This document shows positions 43,834 through 58,170 of a stretch of DNA of 64,000 nt, piece after piece. A program made the position numbers and the translations under genes. The stretch's first letter is position 1. Each line of letters starts with the position of its first letter. The DNA is taken from the NCBI RefSeq assembly GCF_009914755.1, contig NC_060934.1, one strand, 5' to 3'. A model generated the notes under the pieces. The model did no database searches and was not told the DNA's origin. It worked only from the letters and a program-made list of their open reading frames with translations. Source of the stretch: the human T2T-CHM13v2.0 reference genome, Homo sapiens.

Positions 43834-45350
43834 TTTATTCATTCAGCGAATATTCATTGAGAACATCTCTGTGCTCAATAAGTCCCAGTAAGTCCTTTGA
43901 CATGGCAGATATTCCAGTGGATGAAACGAGGTTGCTTATGTAGTGCCACCCACATTTTAGCTGGGGAGACAGACAATATAAAAGTAAACATTTGATAAAA
44001 TTTCAGGCGGTAATAAGTGCTGTGAGAAGAAGCAAGGAGGGAAAAGAGAGCGAGGATGGAGTGTCAGAGAGGAGTTGCAGTTGGTGGAGCCATCAGGATG
44101 GCATTGAAGCAAATCGAAGGGAAGAAGTCCACATGGATAGCTCAGGTGAAAACATTTCAGGCACGAGGAACAGCAAGTATAGATGCTGTCACACAGAAAC
44201 CAGCTGTGCATGAGAGGGAGTGAGCTTTGTGGCAGGACTGAATCTAGAGAGAATGGTGGGAGGTAACTGTGGAACGGCCGATGGATTTGAGAGGGAGGCA
44301 GGGGCCAGTTCCTATGGGGCCTTATAGGCCATGATATGGAATGGACTTGGGATTTTTTTCTAATCTAAAAGGAGTTTTGGTCAAGGATGCAGCATGGTCT
44401 AATTTCTCTTTTAACAAGTGCGCTTGGCCTGCTCTCTGGAGAATAGGTCGGGTTCTGAGGCCGTCACCGGTTGGGGGAATGGGGGTTTGCCCCACCAAGG
44501 TGGCCGTGAAAGCCTAACAAGCAGTTGTGCTACTGGACTAGATACGGGGTGCGAGGAGAAGAGAGGAAATGAGGAAAGATGGGAATGAAGAAGGAAATAC
44601 TTTTGAAGTTATATAAGATGAAAACTGAAAATGGACCATTGGATTTGGCAAGAGAGAGGCCACTGTGGACCTTGACAAGAGCAATTTGAGTGTATGGTTG
44701 GGGCAAAAGTCTGACTGGAGAAGACCGAGGAGAGGAGTGGAAGGTAGGAAGGAGCAACAGGTACAGGCACTTTCAGTGTTTAGACATGACAAAGAGCAAA
44801 CACAGGAAGGTAGCTGGGCCGGGGCATTTGTTAGTTCTGTTTTGTTTTTAGGATTCGGATATTATGGCATATTTGTATGCTCATGGATGGTTAGTGTGGG
44901 GATAAGTGGAAGAACAGAGGCCTTGAGTACATTGGCTGACTTGGGAAGAGGTAGTTCTGGTTGTTTTTACTAATGAAATGCGTAAAACAAGAAACAGTTA
45001 AGGACTGGGAGTGGGGAAAGGAGAAGGGGCGTGATGAAGGTTTGAAGAGAGACGAGAATGTATGAAATGGTCTTCATGAAGAGTGGGAGAGAGAATGATC
45101 CAGGGAAGAGGTGGGATTGCCAGGCAGTGCTGTGGGCCCATTTGGAATGTATGTTTCTGTGTTTAAAGAGGGTCCAATGCAGTGCCACATGTAGACTTAG
45201 AGTAAGGGAAGAGTGGGATTTGACCAGGATTGGGACTGGGCCAGGTGACTGTGATGTTGAGGAAGAGGCACATGGGAGGGAGAGACTGTGAGCTAGTTCA
45301 AGTTCAGTCTGTGGCACAGCTAGGAACAAGAGCTGGGAGCATGACGGGAA
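43834..45350 (-). mobile_element. L2 (long, fragmented)
   Basis: Starts ttattcattcagcgaatattcattgag; purine-rich body with ccattggatttggcaag and gaccttgacaagagcaattt motifs. Confidence 0.7.
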
Positions 45351-46355
45351 TGTGGGTCCTGGGGTGGAGTTGGGCCTGATTCTGTGCTTGTCCTCCTATT
45401 GCTGATATAGAAGCGGATGCACCAGGGGGCAGGCCTCCAGACATCAGTCAGGAAGGGGCAAGCTGGGACCTCCGACCCAGGCACTCAGCCTGAAGCTTAG
45501 CTAGGTTTTGGATGTATTATATTCCGTAGACCGTATCTCTGCCATATTTCTATCTGTTACCTGGGAACATTTGGGTAGAAGTGGAGAGAACAGTAAACCA
45601 GGTACTAAAGTCTTCAAAAAAGGAAGAGGCATAACCCTTTCATTCCAAGATGTTTACTGCAAGGAGGGATAGCAGGTGGAAGGAAGGAGGGAAAATAGTC
45701 TAGAAGCAAAATGAAGAGCAAGGAGGCACTCACCTCACCTCCGGACAGCTTGCTGCGTGGTATACAGAAGAAGAAATTGCTACCAGTTGAGGGGGCTGTG
45801 ATGGAGGTAGACTCCTCAGAGGTTTAACAGGAAGGTGAAGGGAACAGTTAGAAAAGCCCCTGGACATAGAGGAGATTTTGCTAATGACAGATTGTGCATT
45901 TCAGAGGGTACAGAATCTGAAAAAAAATGGGAGATTGAGTGCGACTAGGGGCCAGAAAACCGTGTAGGAATTAGAATCCAGTTGGATGTCCTAGGAGGCC
46001 TAGCTTCTGGCTAAGGTAATGGGGGATGTAAAATGTGATTATCGGTCTTGATTATCTCCTAGGGGAAAGTGATACTCAGTTTTCTGCAGGCCCCATCTGG
46101 GGCTTGGTCTCTTAAGCAGTTTGTGATGGTGAAGTGGACAGTATTGAGCCCGGGGAGGGATGGTCCTACCAAGTCCTTGCTGAAATCTTGCAGGGTGTAC
46201 TGTCCTGGTGTTACTTAGGGTCATTGTACACGTGAGCAAGGTCTGTGGTCCTCCCAAGCTTGATGTTTTCACCTGTAGAATTAGAATGAATACTAGCCTT
46301 GCAGGTATTTAAATGATAATATGCATACAGAGCACCAGTGGGAACGGGGTTATAG

Positions 46356-46646
46356 TACGGTGGTCCCTCATAACCATGGAGCATTGGTTCCAGGACCCCC
46401 CATAGAGAATCCTCAAATGCTCAAGTCCCTTATGTAAAATGGTATAGTATTTTCATATAACCTACATATAACCTCCCATATACTTTAAATCATCTCTAGA
46501 TTATTTATAACAGCTAATACAGTATAAATGCTGTAGTCTTTATACTGTTTTTATTGCTATTATTTTTTATTTTTTTCAAATATTTTTGATCCACGGTAGG
46601 TTGAATCCACAGATGTGGAACCCACACATACGGAGGGCTGACTGTG
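46356..46646 (+). mobile_element. MER2 (TcMar-Tigger MITE)
   Basis: ttggttccaggacccc..atgctcaagtcccttat..ggttgaatccacagatgtggaacccac..ggagggctgactg. Confidence 0.9.
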
Positions 46647-46771
46647 TATGCTTAATGACATTTTTTCCCTTGTATGTACATAGAAAAATATTGTATACAT
46701 TGTTAGTCCCCCTCATATTCTGTAATGAGTTTTTCATTTGTTGATGTTAGTGTCAAATAATTTAAAATTTA

Positions 46772-47043
46772 GGCTGGGTGTGGTGGCTCATGCTGGTAAT
46801 CCCAGTGTTTTAGGAGGGTGAGGCAGGAGAATCACTTGAGCGCAGGAGTTCAAGACCAGCCTGGGCAACGTAGGGAGACCCATTCTACAGAAAATAAAAA
46901 TAAAATAAAAATTAGCCGGGCATGTTGGCATGTGGCTGTATTCCCAGCTACTTGGGAGGCTGAAATGGGAGGATCTCTTGAGTGCAGGTGATCGAGGCTG
47001 CAAGTGAGATGTGATCACACCACTGCACTCCGGCCTGCGCGAC
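46772..47043 (+). mobile_element. AluJ lacking its 3' end and tail
   Basis: Dimer stops at cggcctgcgcgac; flanked by aaaattta on both sides. Confidence 0.9.
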
Positions 47044-47105
47044 AAAATTTATTTCTTGAGTAAATAAATAATTTTTTAATTTTAAAAATTAAAAAATTTA
47101 AACAT

Positions 47106-47107
<2 letters not shown>

Positions 47108-47146
<39 letters not shown>

Positions 47147-47157
47147 TGTGTGTGTGT
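47108..47157. repeat. (TG)n microsatellite, about 25 units
   Basis: One TA interruption. Confidence 0.95.
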
Positions 47158-48264
47158 AAATGCTTGGTTCATTTGTTGAGTTTTTTCCCCTACTAGATGA
47201 ATGCTATGGGTGCGTTGTGTGATTTCAATCTCGTTCCTGAAGTTGAGCTTTTTATGCTTTGCATTTTGTTCTGCAATTTAAATGATAAAAACATTTCTGG
47301 CCATCTTATTCCAAATAAAGTCATGTTGATTTTTGTGTAGCCTATAATGAAATAGAAAATAATCTTCTGGTATCTATTCTGTATTATTCACAGAAACAGT
47401 TTCTAAAGAACAAATCTGAATTTGTACGATATAAATCCCTTATCTTTACTTGATATAAACTGCCATTTTAAAAGTCAGAATTGAGATGAAAATCACAGTT
47501 AATTGTTGTCATTCTTTAAAATAATATGGTTAAATCTGAAAAGCTTTTTGAATTGTGGGCAAAACATTCTTGAAATAAAGCTTATCTTACCAAATATTTG
47601 AAGGAAATTTGGTAGCATTGAAATAGAATTTTTGTCAATTTAGAAAGTTAATAATTTTTTTAACAGTGATTTATACTGTAGCTAAAAAGCTGTTGCTGGT
47701 TTCCCAAATCTTAAAGCTAACTGACCTTCCATTTGAACCTAGCTTTAATGTAAACATTTTCTTGAGGTGGTTAGGGGTTGGGCCAGCCAATCTGGAGGAT
47801 ATTAGTGGCGTTCTGTTTGAGGGAAGTTGGAATCCCTAGATAATTCTCAGGAGCTCTTTTCTAGGCCAGAAGCTGTCTCAGACATTATATATTTATTTTT
47901 TAAGGTTTTTTTTTTACTCTTTCTTTACTGCAATGCCATATTATATATTTCTTAATTCTTCCTTGGCTTTGTTAATAATGTCTACTATCTGAAATCTAAT
48001 TAATAAAATACATAATTAGCTTTACTTTGAAGTAGAAGGAAAGAGCAGTTTTATTTGGTAGTTTTTCTATCCTTTCCACTTTAGTTGCTGAGAAATATAA
48101 TGTAGTATGTAGGCTACTGAGAGTGAGGTTATTACCCTACTGCCTTTAAAAATTCTCACTTTTTAGTCATCTATTACTTAGCCAAAATATTGTTGTTCAA
48201 AGCTAAATTAAGTACTTTATCAACTTTCTTTGATACCTCCCCTCCCCCGTTTAAACTTTCTGAG

Positions 48265-48487
48265 CGGTGTTTTTCAAACTTCAGGTCATGACCCATTAAT
48301 GGTTGTTAAATCAGTTTAGTGAGTTGAAACTAGCATTTTAAAAAATTAAATAATACATAGCTCCTAGTAAGACAAGGTATTATTTCAACTTTTGTTGCAC
48401 TTACACAGATATATTTGTGTGAATCTATATTGAAAAATGTAAAATACCTTTTACTGTGGGTCACCACCAAAGTTTGAAAATGATTAC
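48265..48487. mobile_element. MER112-like hAT-Charlie MITE
   Basis: ttttcaaacttcaggtcatgacccattaatgg..aaatcagtttagtg..tgtgggtcac..aagtttgaaaa. Confidence 0.7.
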
Positions 48488-50390
48488 TACAGAGAATATT
48501 TCAGGTAAGGTTGTATAGTCTTTTTTGCAAGCATTTGCATTTTTAAATCTTGAGATTTCAGCCAAATGGCTGATATTATTGTTAGTTGAATATTGTAGAA
48601 GAAAATTTGGAAGACTGAATTTTTAAGAAACTACTTATTTTAAAATGATTTTTCTTTTCTAATTCTGACATTGTCATATGATCAAAAGCTTAAATGCCAG
48701 AGCTAAGGATAAATCATATTTCTCTTATTTCAGGGAACATTTATTAAGAATATGCTAGTTAATAGATATATTGAAATATAAATGTATAATTTTCCATCTC
48801 CAAGAATCACAAATTTTTGTTAGACTTGAATTGGAATAGATTATGTTCGTATTTGTTTTATGTTACTTCCTTAACAGTGATGGCCTGTTTACTTAATAAA
48901 TTCAACTCTCAGTATTCAAACTCGAAGGAATTTTTAAAAGAAATATTTGCCTCTTGAATCTTGTCAGATTTCTCAAGCCTTATTATAATCGAGTACTTCT
49001 GTCTACTTGAATTTGTTTTTGCTCATTGAATAAGCAAACTATCACTGCACTAATGTTAATTGTGAAAAGGTTTTAGACTAGGTTTTATTTGGGTCCTAAT
49101 GTGGTAGATTTCTTTATTGCTGTTTCATAGAATCAGAGGACCAGTTTATGAGTTAGAAACTTGTGGGACTTTTCCATTGTGAATGTTGTACTGTCTTAAT
49201 CTCATTCCTCAATTTCTCCAAGCCTCTCTTTTCTGTAAAACATAGATGATTATCAAGTGATATTCCAAATAGCAAACAGATACCTCAATATCTTTTTAAA
49301 TCCCAAGACATTGCAAATTACAACGTGCTGATTAATAAAGTAAGTTGTTCTTATGTTAAGTAACACTATTTGAATAAAAGCATGACATGTTGAGATGACT
49401 GCCTGGTGACTGAGACTTGATTGTTGACTCTGTTGTACCCTGTCCTCATTTAAATAATAGGTTTGTAAACAGATGGCTGGCAATCCCTTGATCATAGTTT
49501 ATTACTAAGTTATTGGTGTTTCATAACTAACTGCCAGTTTTACATACTGGAACGTATAAAAGGTATTCTGTTTTCAAGCGATGTTAGAATACAATGCTAC
49601 TTCTTGAAATATTTAGAAATCACTTGGAGTTCATTTTATCTCAGCCTTATCACTTTAGAGATAACAAAAGCAGTTAAAATGCATAATTGGAGCAGTGTCT
49701 TGATCTGTCACAAATAATAGGCTTATTAGAAAACTTGTATCTTCCAGATTCTACACTTAAACCGCTTAATAACATTAGTTTCTCTTAATGTATTATAAAT
49801 CATCTATATAGGACTTCTGGTCTGCCTACCAAACAGTTAATTATCTCATGCTATCATTATTAAAAGTTTTTTCTTTCTATATGAATAAACAAAAGTCATT
49901 AAATATAAGCAACTGTATTTACATTCTACTATGAGTATGACAGAACTCTCCAATAGCAAAACCATGCATGTTGGAGGCTAACATTCTATATCCTCGATTC
50001 CTGGTATGTGAACAGAAATAGAGCGGTGTCTCATTCAACTTAGTGTTTAAAAAAATATTTTTTAAAAAATAGAGTAGTGGTAAGAACAGGGTGTCAGATG
50101 TAATTTAAAATTGCTTTGTTTCACATCTGAAATAATATAAATGTGTTTTATATGTCTGTTTATTACCTTTTGTTATAGGTTTTGTGTGTGTTATGAAAAT
50201 GGACTCGTGTCCTTTGGGGTGGGGTGGAACTTTAATATCTGTATTCTGTAATATTACATGAAAACTAATGCTAACTTTTATTCTTCCAGTATGTGCCATA
50301 TCTTTATGTTTAAAATATCTCAGAAAGAGCTTAATCACTTTTTTCTGGCTTTATTTTAGTTTTGAAGTATTGCTGTATTTGCTGTATAGC

Positions 50391-50424
<34 letters not shown>

Positions 50425-52289
50425 TCCCCCAACAGTTGCTTTGGTTTTCATCCTGTATTCAATAGAGTAGCGGATACCTGATGGCAAAACTTTTTTGAAA
50501 AGAGTACCTCCCTGCTTTTAAACACAAAAAAAAAGGACTCCCCCAATTTTTTGGATAACTATACAAATATTGCTATAGTTGATCATCCATTGTATTAGAA
50601 TAAATGGGGAAAAATTGAATTTTTGCACATAATTGACTTTTTAATACAGAAAGCAAGGCAAGATATCTTAAGAAATTTGTATAAAGCTAACATTTGATAT
50701 GAAGTTATAATGGAACTGTTGAATTTCGATTTGGAAATAAAGGAGTATTCCAAGGTATAAAGGATAATTTGTACTTGAATTTTTAAAAATTTGATAGAAA
50801 CAAAATTTCAGACAGTTGAAGTCTGTAGTTGACAGTATTTAGGCCATCCTTTCATTAAGATAAAATTCTCTTTGCGCACACCAATGCCATTCAAAAGAAT
50901 GCTTCCGAGGTCTTGACTGTTGACACGATTACGTTTGAATACATCATTCTTAGACAGTGTTTGTGACTGACTATTCTAAATGTGGTGCCAGGGTATTTGA
51001 GAAAGTGTGAGGGAGAAATGGAAAGCCAAAACTTCTTTTTTGGTAGAGTACACCGAGTTTGTTTTATTTTGTGCTAACCCAATGAGAAAGCATATTGGTA
51101 CAAAACCATGAAAGAAAGCGGTGGTTCTCTGCTAGCATGTTTTGATTTTAGAAGGTCGTCTGAGTAGTATGGGCTTTTTGTTCTGTAATGTAGCTGTTTT
51201 GACTTAGTAAGTGTCTATGCTTGCCTTTTCATTTGGGAGTTTGAAATTCCCTGTGAGCTTTGCTTGTTAAGTCCGGGGATCTGCCTATCAAATAATAACA
51301 AACATCAAAGTCAAGTGTGTAGGTCATTTGCACATCTTTATGTGGGCATGTCTCCCATTTTCTCTTTAACCTTTCCTAACACGGAACTTATTTCTTTTGG
51401 TAGAACTTAAGAATGCGCTATCTTGGTAGTGATCCTGTGAGTGAACAAATATCCTTTAAAAATCTATTCTTTTTTATTTTTAAATATGTGTAGCATTACA
51501 GAAAAATTGAAAAAGAAAAACGCTCATAATCTCACCACCCCAACAGAACACTATCTGTGTTTTTTTTTTTCTTGTGGTGAGAGAGGGACATGAATTTTAA
51601 ACTTAAAGAAAAACCCCTAGTTCTCTGGTTGTCACATTTGTTTCACTTTATCATATCACACAAACATGTTCATATCTCACTTAAAACGTAAGTTGTTTAG
51701 AAAGTATAGATGGCTAAGGGTTCTACTTTTGGGGTAATTATGTCAGTTTAGTTTCCTGATACCTTATCTTACTACTGTTTCATGCTGTTAAAAGTGAGAA
51801 ATACTCTAGATTTGTAAGGTTCAAACTATATAAATAATTTTTTAATTCACTTTTTCAAATGTGTAGGGTACCAAATTTCAACCCTTAGGAGACCACAGAG
51901 GTATTAACTAATACTGGCAACTTAACGAGTTTTCTGTGAACCTTGGGATAAAAGTCTATTTTTAAACTTCAAAAATGTGTACTTGACTAGAATTGTAGTT
52001 CTTTGCTGATCTTTTAAATAACTATGTTCATTACACATTTACTCATCAAATGGAACCAGAAAGCTTACATTGGTGTGGACATGTGTGTGGACCCTCTGGC
52101 AGGTCAGGCGAGGCTCTGCCATAATGGCTCAGCCTTGACTTACCACCTTGGCTTTGCACTCACCTTGGCTTAGTTGTAGGCAACAAGTAAATGCATGTGA
52201 ATATGTTTCGTCCTGATGACAATGGTAATATGGAGGTGTTAACCTCTTTTATAAACATGGAGTGCTTCTTGTCTGACTTTGATTATTTA

Positions 52290-52674
<385 letters not shown>

Positions 52675-52739
52675 TCAATACCTTGATTAATTTAATTGAA
52701 GAATATGCTGGGATTGTAATAATCTCTTAAGACTGGTAA

Positions 52740-52843
52740 GGCCAGGTGCAGTGGCTCATGCCTGTAATCCTAGCACTTTAGGAGGCCAAGGCCAAGGTGG
52801 GAGGATTGCTTGAGCCCAGGAGTTCAAGAGCAGCTTGGGCAAC
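52740..52843 (+). mobile_element. AluJ left arm / FLAM, 3'-truncated
   Basis: Left arm only, with a ggccaa duplication. Confidence 0.85.
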
Positions 52844-55610
52844 TGCCTTTTATAATTATGTACAAAGTTTTGCTTTTAGAAAGGATTTTGTTGTTTATAA
52901 ATATTGAAGATCTCTGATCTTTAAAAAAATTAACTTTTGATGTTACTGGTCTGACTGAGAAAGGGTAAATTAATTTGTAGGTGTTTTTTGAATGACCTAA
53001 ATAATCGTATGATATTTTCCTCTTTTACTTTCTCCCTCAGTGGGTTATTGGTTCATATTTTAATATATCAAACTTTTTTTTTATTACGCCAAGGAAGAGG
53101 TGGATTGGCCACTACGATGTTGTACATTTTGTGAATGTTCAGTAATTCCTGCCATACTTGATTGAGTAAAAGTTAAACTTCATTAATTCATAATTTTGAT
53201 GATTCATTTGGGCTAAAAATCCCTTTTCAAGTATCTGATTAGGAAAAAGTATTACCAGGTCCATATAGTATAAACAGAATTGCAAAGTGCTTGTATTTTA
53301 CAGTTTAAAAGAACAAAATGTTCTTATAAGACTTTATGAGATTAGCTTTTTATATGTGAACAATTGTTGCTGCTTCTTCCATGAGTTATTGTCTGTTATG
53401 GAGGTTCAGCATTACATCTATAATAAGTTCTTTTAAAATCTGTATAATTACTCTGGTCAATTGAAAATTAAAACAAAATTTGTCTTTAAAATTTATCCAC
53501 TAATATGGTTACTTCAGTAATTCTTTTTTTCTTCCTTTTTAGAATCTGAATTTGAGCCCCTTATATCTAAAATGAAATTTTCAGTTCTCTTTCAAGTTTA
53601 AGATTAGTAAGCAATAGTTTTTAAACTTTGCTGCTATTTAATCATGGGTAAATTTACTTTATCGTAACAACTTTTTGTAGCATTTTAGTATTAACAATGT
53701 CAGAGAGAAGAGTATTTTACTGTTTGGTTCAACGTGTGTATATATATTATCACTAGTGGTATTCTAGGGGTTGAGAATCCAAAGATGAAAGTGGCCTACC
53801 ATGGAAAATACTACACATGGGGTGGGGGATGAACACAGAAAACGATAAGATCATGACAGTGGGATAACTAGGTGACTTATCAAATGATAAAGAAACAAGC
53901 ACTGGTCATGCCCAAGTATTGTTGGAGGGTCCTCATTCAGAGAACACTTTCTGAGTTAATGTTATATACTCATCTTTCATGTCCATGAGTTTAAAATTAA
54001 TTTCAAATGGTTTTGAGTCATTAAATTTGCAAAGGGGAGGATAATGAGCACAAATTATTTTGTCCATGGTGGCCATGTAATTGCCATTCTCATTCTTCTC
54101 TCCATTCTCCACTCACATTGACCTTTTTCTACGTGTTTTTCTGAACATCTTCCAACATGTTGGTGGTTGGAAGTCACTCAAGTAGTCCTTTGCTAGTTGT
54201 TTAAATGTTTAAGAATTGTCACCTCTAAAGCCTAGGCTTGAAAATGTGGAAGAGAATTTCCCAGCTCTGCCTCTCTTTTGTTCCCTCCACTGTCTTCCCC
54301 AAATGTCCTTTCTTCCCTCCTCCACCAGTATCTCAGTTTCTCCATACTTGGTTGTAGATAACGTGGAATCAGAATATTTTATGAGTTGCCTAACAACTAA
54401 TCTACAAAAATGATTGCTCTATATTTTAACGTCAGATAATGCCCAGAATCTTTTCAGACCCTACTTCATAAAAATCACTTATAACCCCTTCCTCCTTAAA
54501 TTGTGATGTTTAATTGTGATGAAATAAATATGATAATATATGTAGTTGATAATACAATAGGTACCACCCGACCAGATTTATAAAAGAAAGTATAAAAATT
54601 ATGTTAATAAAATAAGAGTTATAATCATGTTTTGCTTATGAAGAGGCACTGTTTCCTTTTCTTCTCAGCAACAAGGAAGTTGCAGAAATAACGGGCTATG
54701 TTTAAAAGTGTCATCACCCTTGGAATTACAGGGTCAAGATTTTCTTCTCAAAATCTGGACATTGTTTTTTTGCTCCCCCACTTTTTTTTTTGGAGTTCTG
54801 GATGTTTGATGAAGAATTATTTGTTTTACGGCCTCTAACATTTTATTTTGAAAGGGACTAGTCTTTAAAACTTGGCTGTAAAACAAAGGATTAAGAGCTC
54901 TTCCATTTGTGCCTATTTTAGATCTATAAGGTGGGAGTAACAACACTGATTTAGAGACCTTTGACCTTCCGCAATGAAAGGACAAGGAAGTAAATACTAC
55001 TCTTACTGTTTTGTATATTCCACTAAAATATAAGTTTCGGTGGTCAGGCATTTTTGCCTGTTTAACTCACTGCCGTGTCCCAGTACCTGATACCTAGTGC
55101 CACATAGGAAGTACTTAAGTATTTTTTGAGTGAGCTAATTGATATTGTTACACTATAGCGGAATTACCTTAATCCTGCACCTTTAGGTAACTGAGTGGGC
55201 CACATAAATGTGTTTTTCATGTAGTTTTACCTTTTGTGTCAAAAAATGCCATTTTAATGCATTTATGGAAATCTTCAAATTGTGTCATAGTTTTTATGAA
55301 TTTCCTAACTAGAGTATTTCAAACATATTTTGCCTGTTGACTCAAGGGTGTCATTATCAATAATAATTACTGTAATTCCTAGGTGGGCCAGTGAAGCTTG
55401 TAGGATTGCCCTTGTGTTAATAACCATGAACTGTTGTGTTGGCGATTTAGAACAGATAAGGATGAATGTTGTAATGGTTTTTCTATTCCTTCTGGGGTTG
55501 TCTGTCATTCTACTCACGATGATCTAGGTAATGGCCTAAGACTGGGGCCCTTTCTCTTATCAAGTAATGCAGTGGACTTGTAGCTGTCATTTAGCAGCTT
55601 TTGTTTTCAG

Positions 55611-55667
55611 GTTCAGAGAGCTATATTCTGAAATACCGAGACTTCTTGAAGACTGACCTCTGGAGAA
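55611..55667 (+). other. Possible cryptic exon (57 nt)
   Basis: Acceptor cttttgttttcag|GT and weak donor GAA|gtaggc; one open frame SESYILKYRDFLKTDLWR. Confidence 0.2.
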
Positions 55668-56204
55668 GTAGGCATATTATAAAGTAGGTTACACTGTGTA
55701 GTTGAAAGCATTGTGCTTATGTCAAAATTTTCATCTCCACAGAAGAATTTTTTTTAAGTGTTCTGCATTTGCCCCTACTGTTAGAACTGGAGTCTTGAAG
55801 AGAATATTTATTCTTTTGTTGCAAAGCAAAATTAGCAGAAACTTGAATTTAATGTAATAACAGTATTTTAGGTTTGGTTTTTAAGGGAGGTTTTTGCCTT
55901 CCAGACTGTTCTCTATCCACTTAGAAGGATTTAATTTCTAAATATTAGAAAATGTTTTATACAAAGACAGGTCTTCAACTATACTGTACTATAGTTATAC
56001 TATAACTAGAATTATGAAAATCTCTTCATTTGTGTTAATTGAGAGAAGTAGTTTATTTTTTTTGTTGTTTTTTTTTTGGTAATAGTCTTCTAAAATCTAT
56101 TAATAGACTACCATTATCAATTCAGTTCTTTACAGTTAAGGAATGATTGTGTGAAGTAAGATACATACAAGGAAGTAGTACCTCTGGATGGTAGGATTAT
56201 GGAT

Positions 56205-56471
56205 GTTTTTGTTTTTGTTTGTTTTTTGAGATAGGGTCTGGCTTTGTCAACTAGGCTGGAGTGCTCCTGATCTTGGCTCACTGCAGCCTCCATCTCCTGG
56301 CTTCAAGTGATCTTCCTGTCTCAGCCTCCAGGTTAGCTGAGACTACAGGCGTGTGCCACCACACCCGGCTAATTTTTGTGATTTTATAGACAAACTCCTG
56401 GACTCAAGTGACCTACTCACCTCAACATCCCAAAGTGCTGGGATTGCACGTGTGAGCCACCGTGCCTGGCC
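56205..56471 (-). mobile_element. AluJ with internal deletion
   Basis: Dimer with part of the left arm missing. Confidence 0.9.
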
Positions 56472-56726
56472 CTATATATTTTTTAATGTTCACATTGCTT
56501 ATCTGTATAAAATATAATAAGGTTACATTATTTAATCAACATTACCAATAAATAAGAATATGGAGTACTCTTTCTGCTCATTTTAGATCTAGGCTTTAAT
56601 TTTACAGTGGTTCTAAAGTGGTAAGATGGAAAAAAAAAATGTCCAGGCATGACAAGAAAAGAGAACAGTAAGAGTAGGTCCAAGTAAGAAATTACATGTC
56701 TGTATAAGTATTCAAGATACAGGCTA

Positions 56727-57021
<295 letters not shown>

Positions 57022-57959
57022 GATACAGCCTAAGAGAAATCCTAAAAGGCCAGCAGTTACATAAGCAAGATACATATGTAGGTAAGAGGTGGGTGGGTAG
57101 AAAGGGAGGAAAAAGAGAAATACTTACTTGAATTATATATAACAAATTCTTAATCATCCATGAATAGGTTATTAGTGAGTAATGCTAAATGTCAGACCAT
57201 TTAGTATATAGACTCGTACAGCCCTATTTCTAGAGTAGGGAGTACAAATTGATTTTTCTGCTCCTCTAACACAATCTTCTGGAACAAAAGGTAAATGTAT
57301 ATGTTCAGTGCCTTTCTAAAGCTATAAGGAGTGCATTAAACTACAGTACAATTGCTTCTTTTTGTTTAGTTAATGGGAACTTAATTCTATATAGTAGCTG
57401 GCAGTCAAATTTATTTTATGTTGGACACTAAGGGAAAAGTACCTGAGTACAGTCATCAATATTTTTAAGCGCCATTTGATCAGAGTAGGTCATGTATTCC
57501 CTAAGAAATAGAATCCAGGTGAGAAAATAATTTTGATTAATTTATAGTCAGCAGTTCTATAGATATACTCGATACTGGTATCCATTTTTTTTTCTGTTAT
57601 CACTACAAAAGTAGCAGAGGATATTGCTATCTATAATATATATTTTTTATACTTTTGTATATAAAAATATAAGGGCTTATATTTTTGTAGCACCTATAAG
57701 ATGTTACTATCTCTAGAAGGAAAAGGATCTTTATAAGTCCCACAAGTTTGTCTTTCCAGAATTGTTTCTACCAAATCTGTGCTGCACACTATAAATAGAA
57801 CAAGAAGAACTTAATTTGACTCTACAGTACCAGTGAAGTCTGTTGCCATCTGATGCCAGTAAAAGCATCTAATACTATAATAATAGTAACATTGCCTGGT
57901 GTTTTTAATTTTTGCTTTATTTAGATATTATACTTGATTAATCCACCTGCATGGTAGTC

Positions 57960-58170
57960 AAAATGCATCGAGTGTTTAATATGTATCACATTATCTCATT
58001 TAATTCACCCCTCATAATAACTCAGAGTCAGTTTTGTTATTATCTTCATTTTACTGATGATGAATGAAGTCACCGTGAAGTCAGGTAACTTCTGTGTGTG
58101 CTACTGCTGATCAATGGCAAACTTGGTCCTTGAACCCCAAGAAACTCTGTTCCTAACCACTATGCCATAT
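57960..58170 (-). mobile_element. MIR
   Basis: attatctcatttaattc..ttattatcttcattttactgatga..ctaaccactatgc. Confidence 0.7.

Noticed and set aside
57638-57686. Overlapping AT-rich hairpins
   Set aside because: Low complexity, with no TIR/TSD structure or miRNA-like features.
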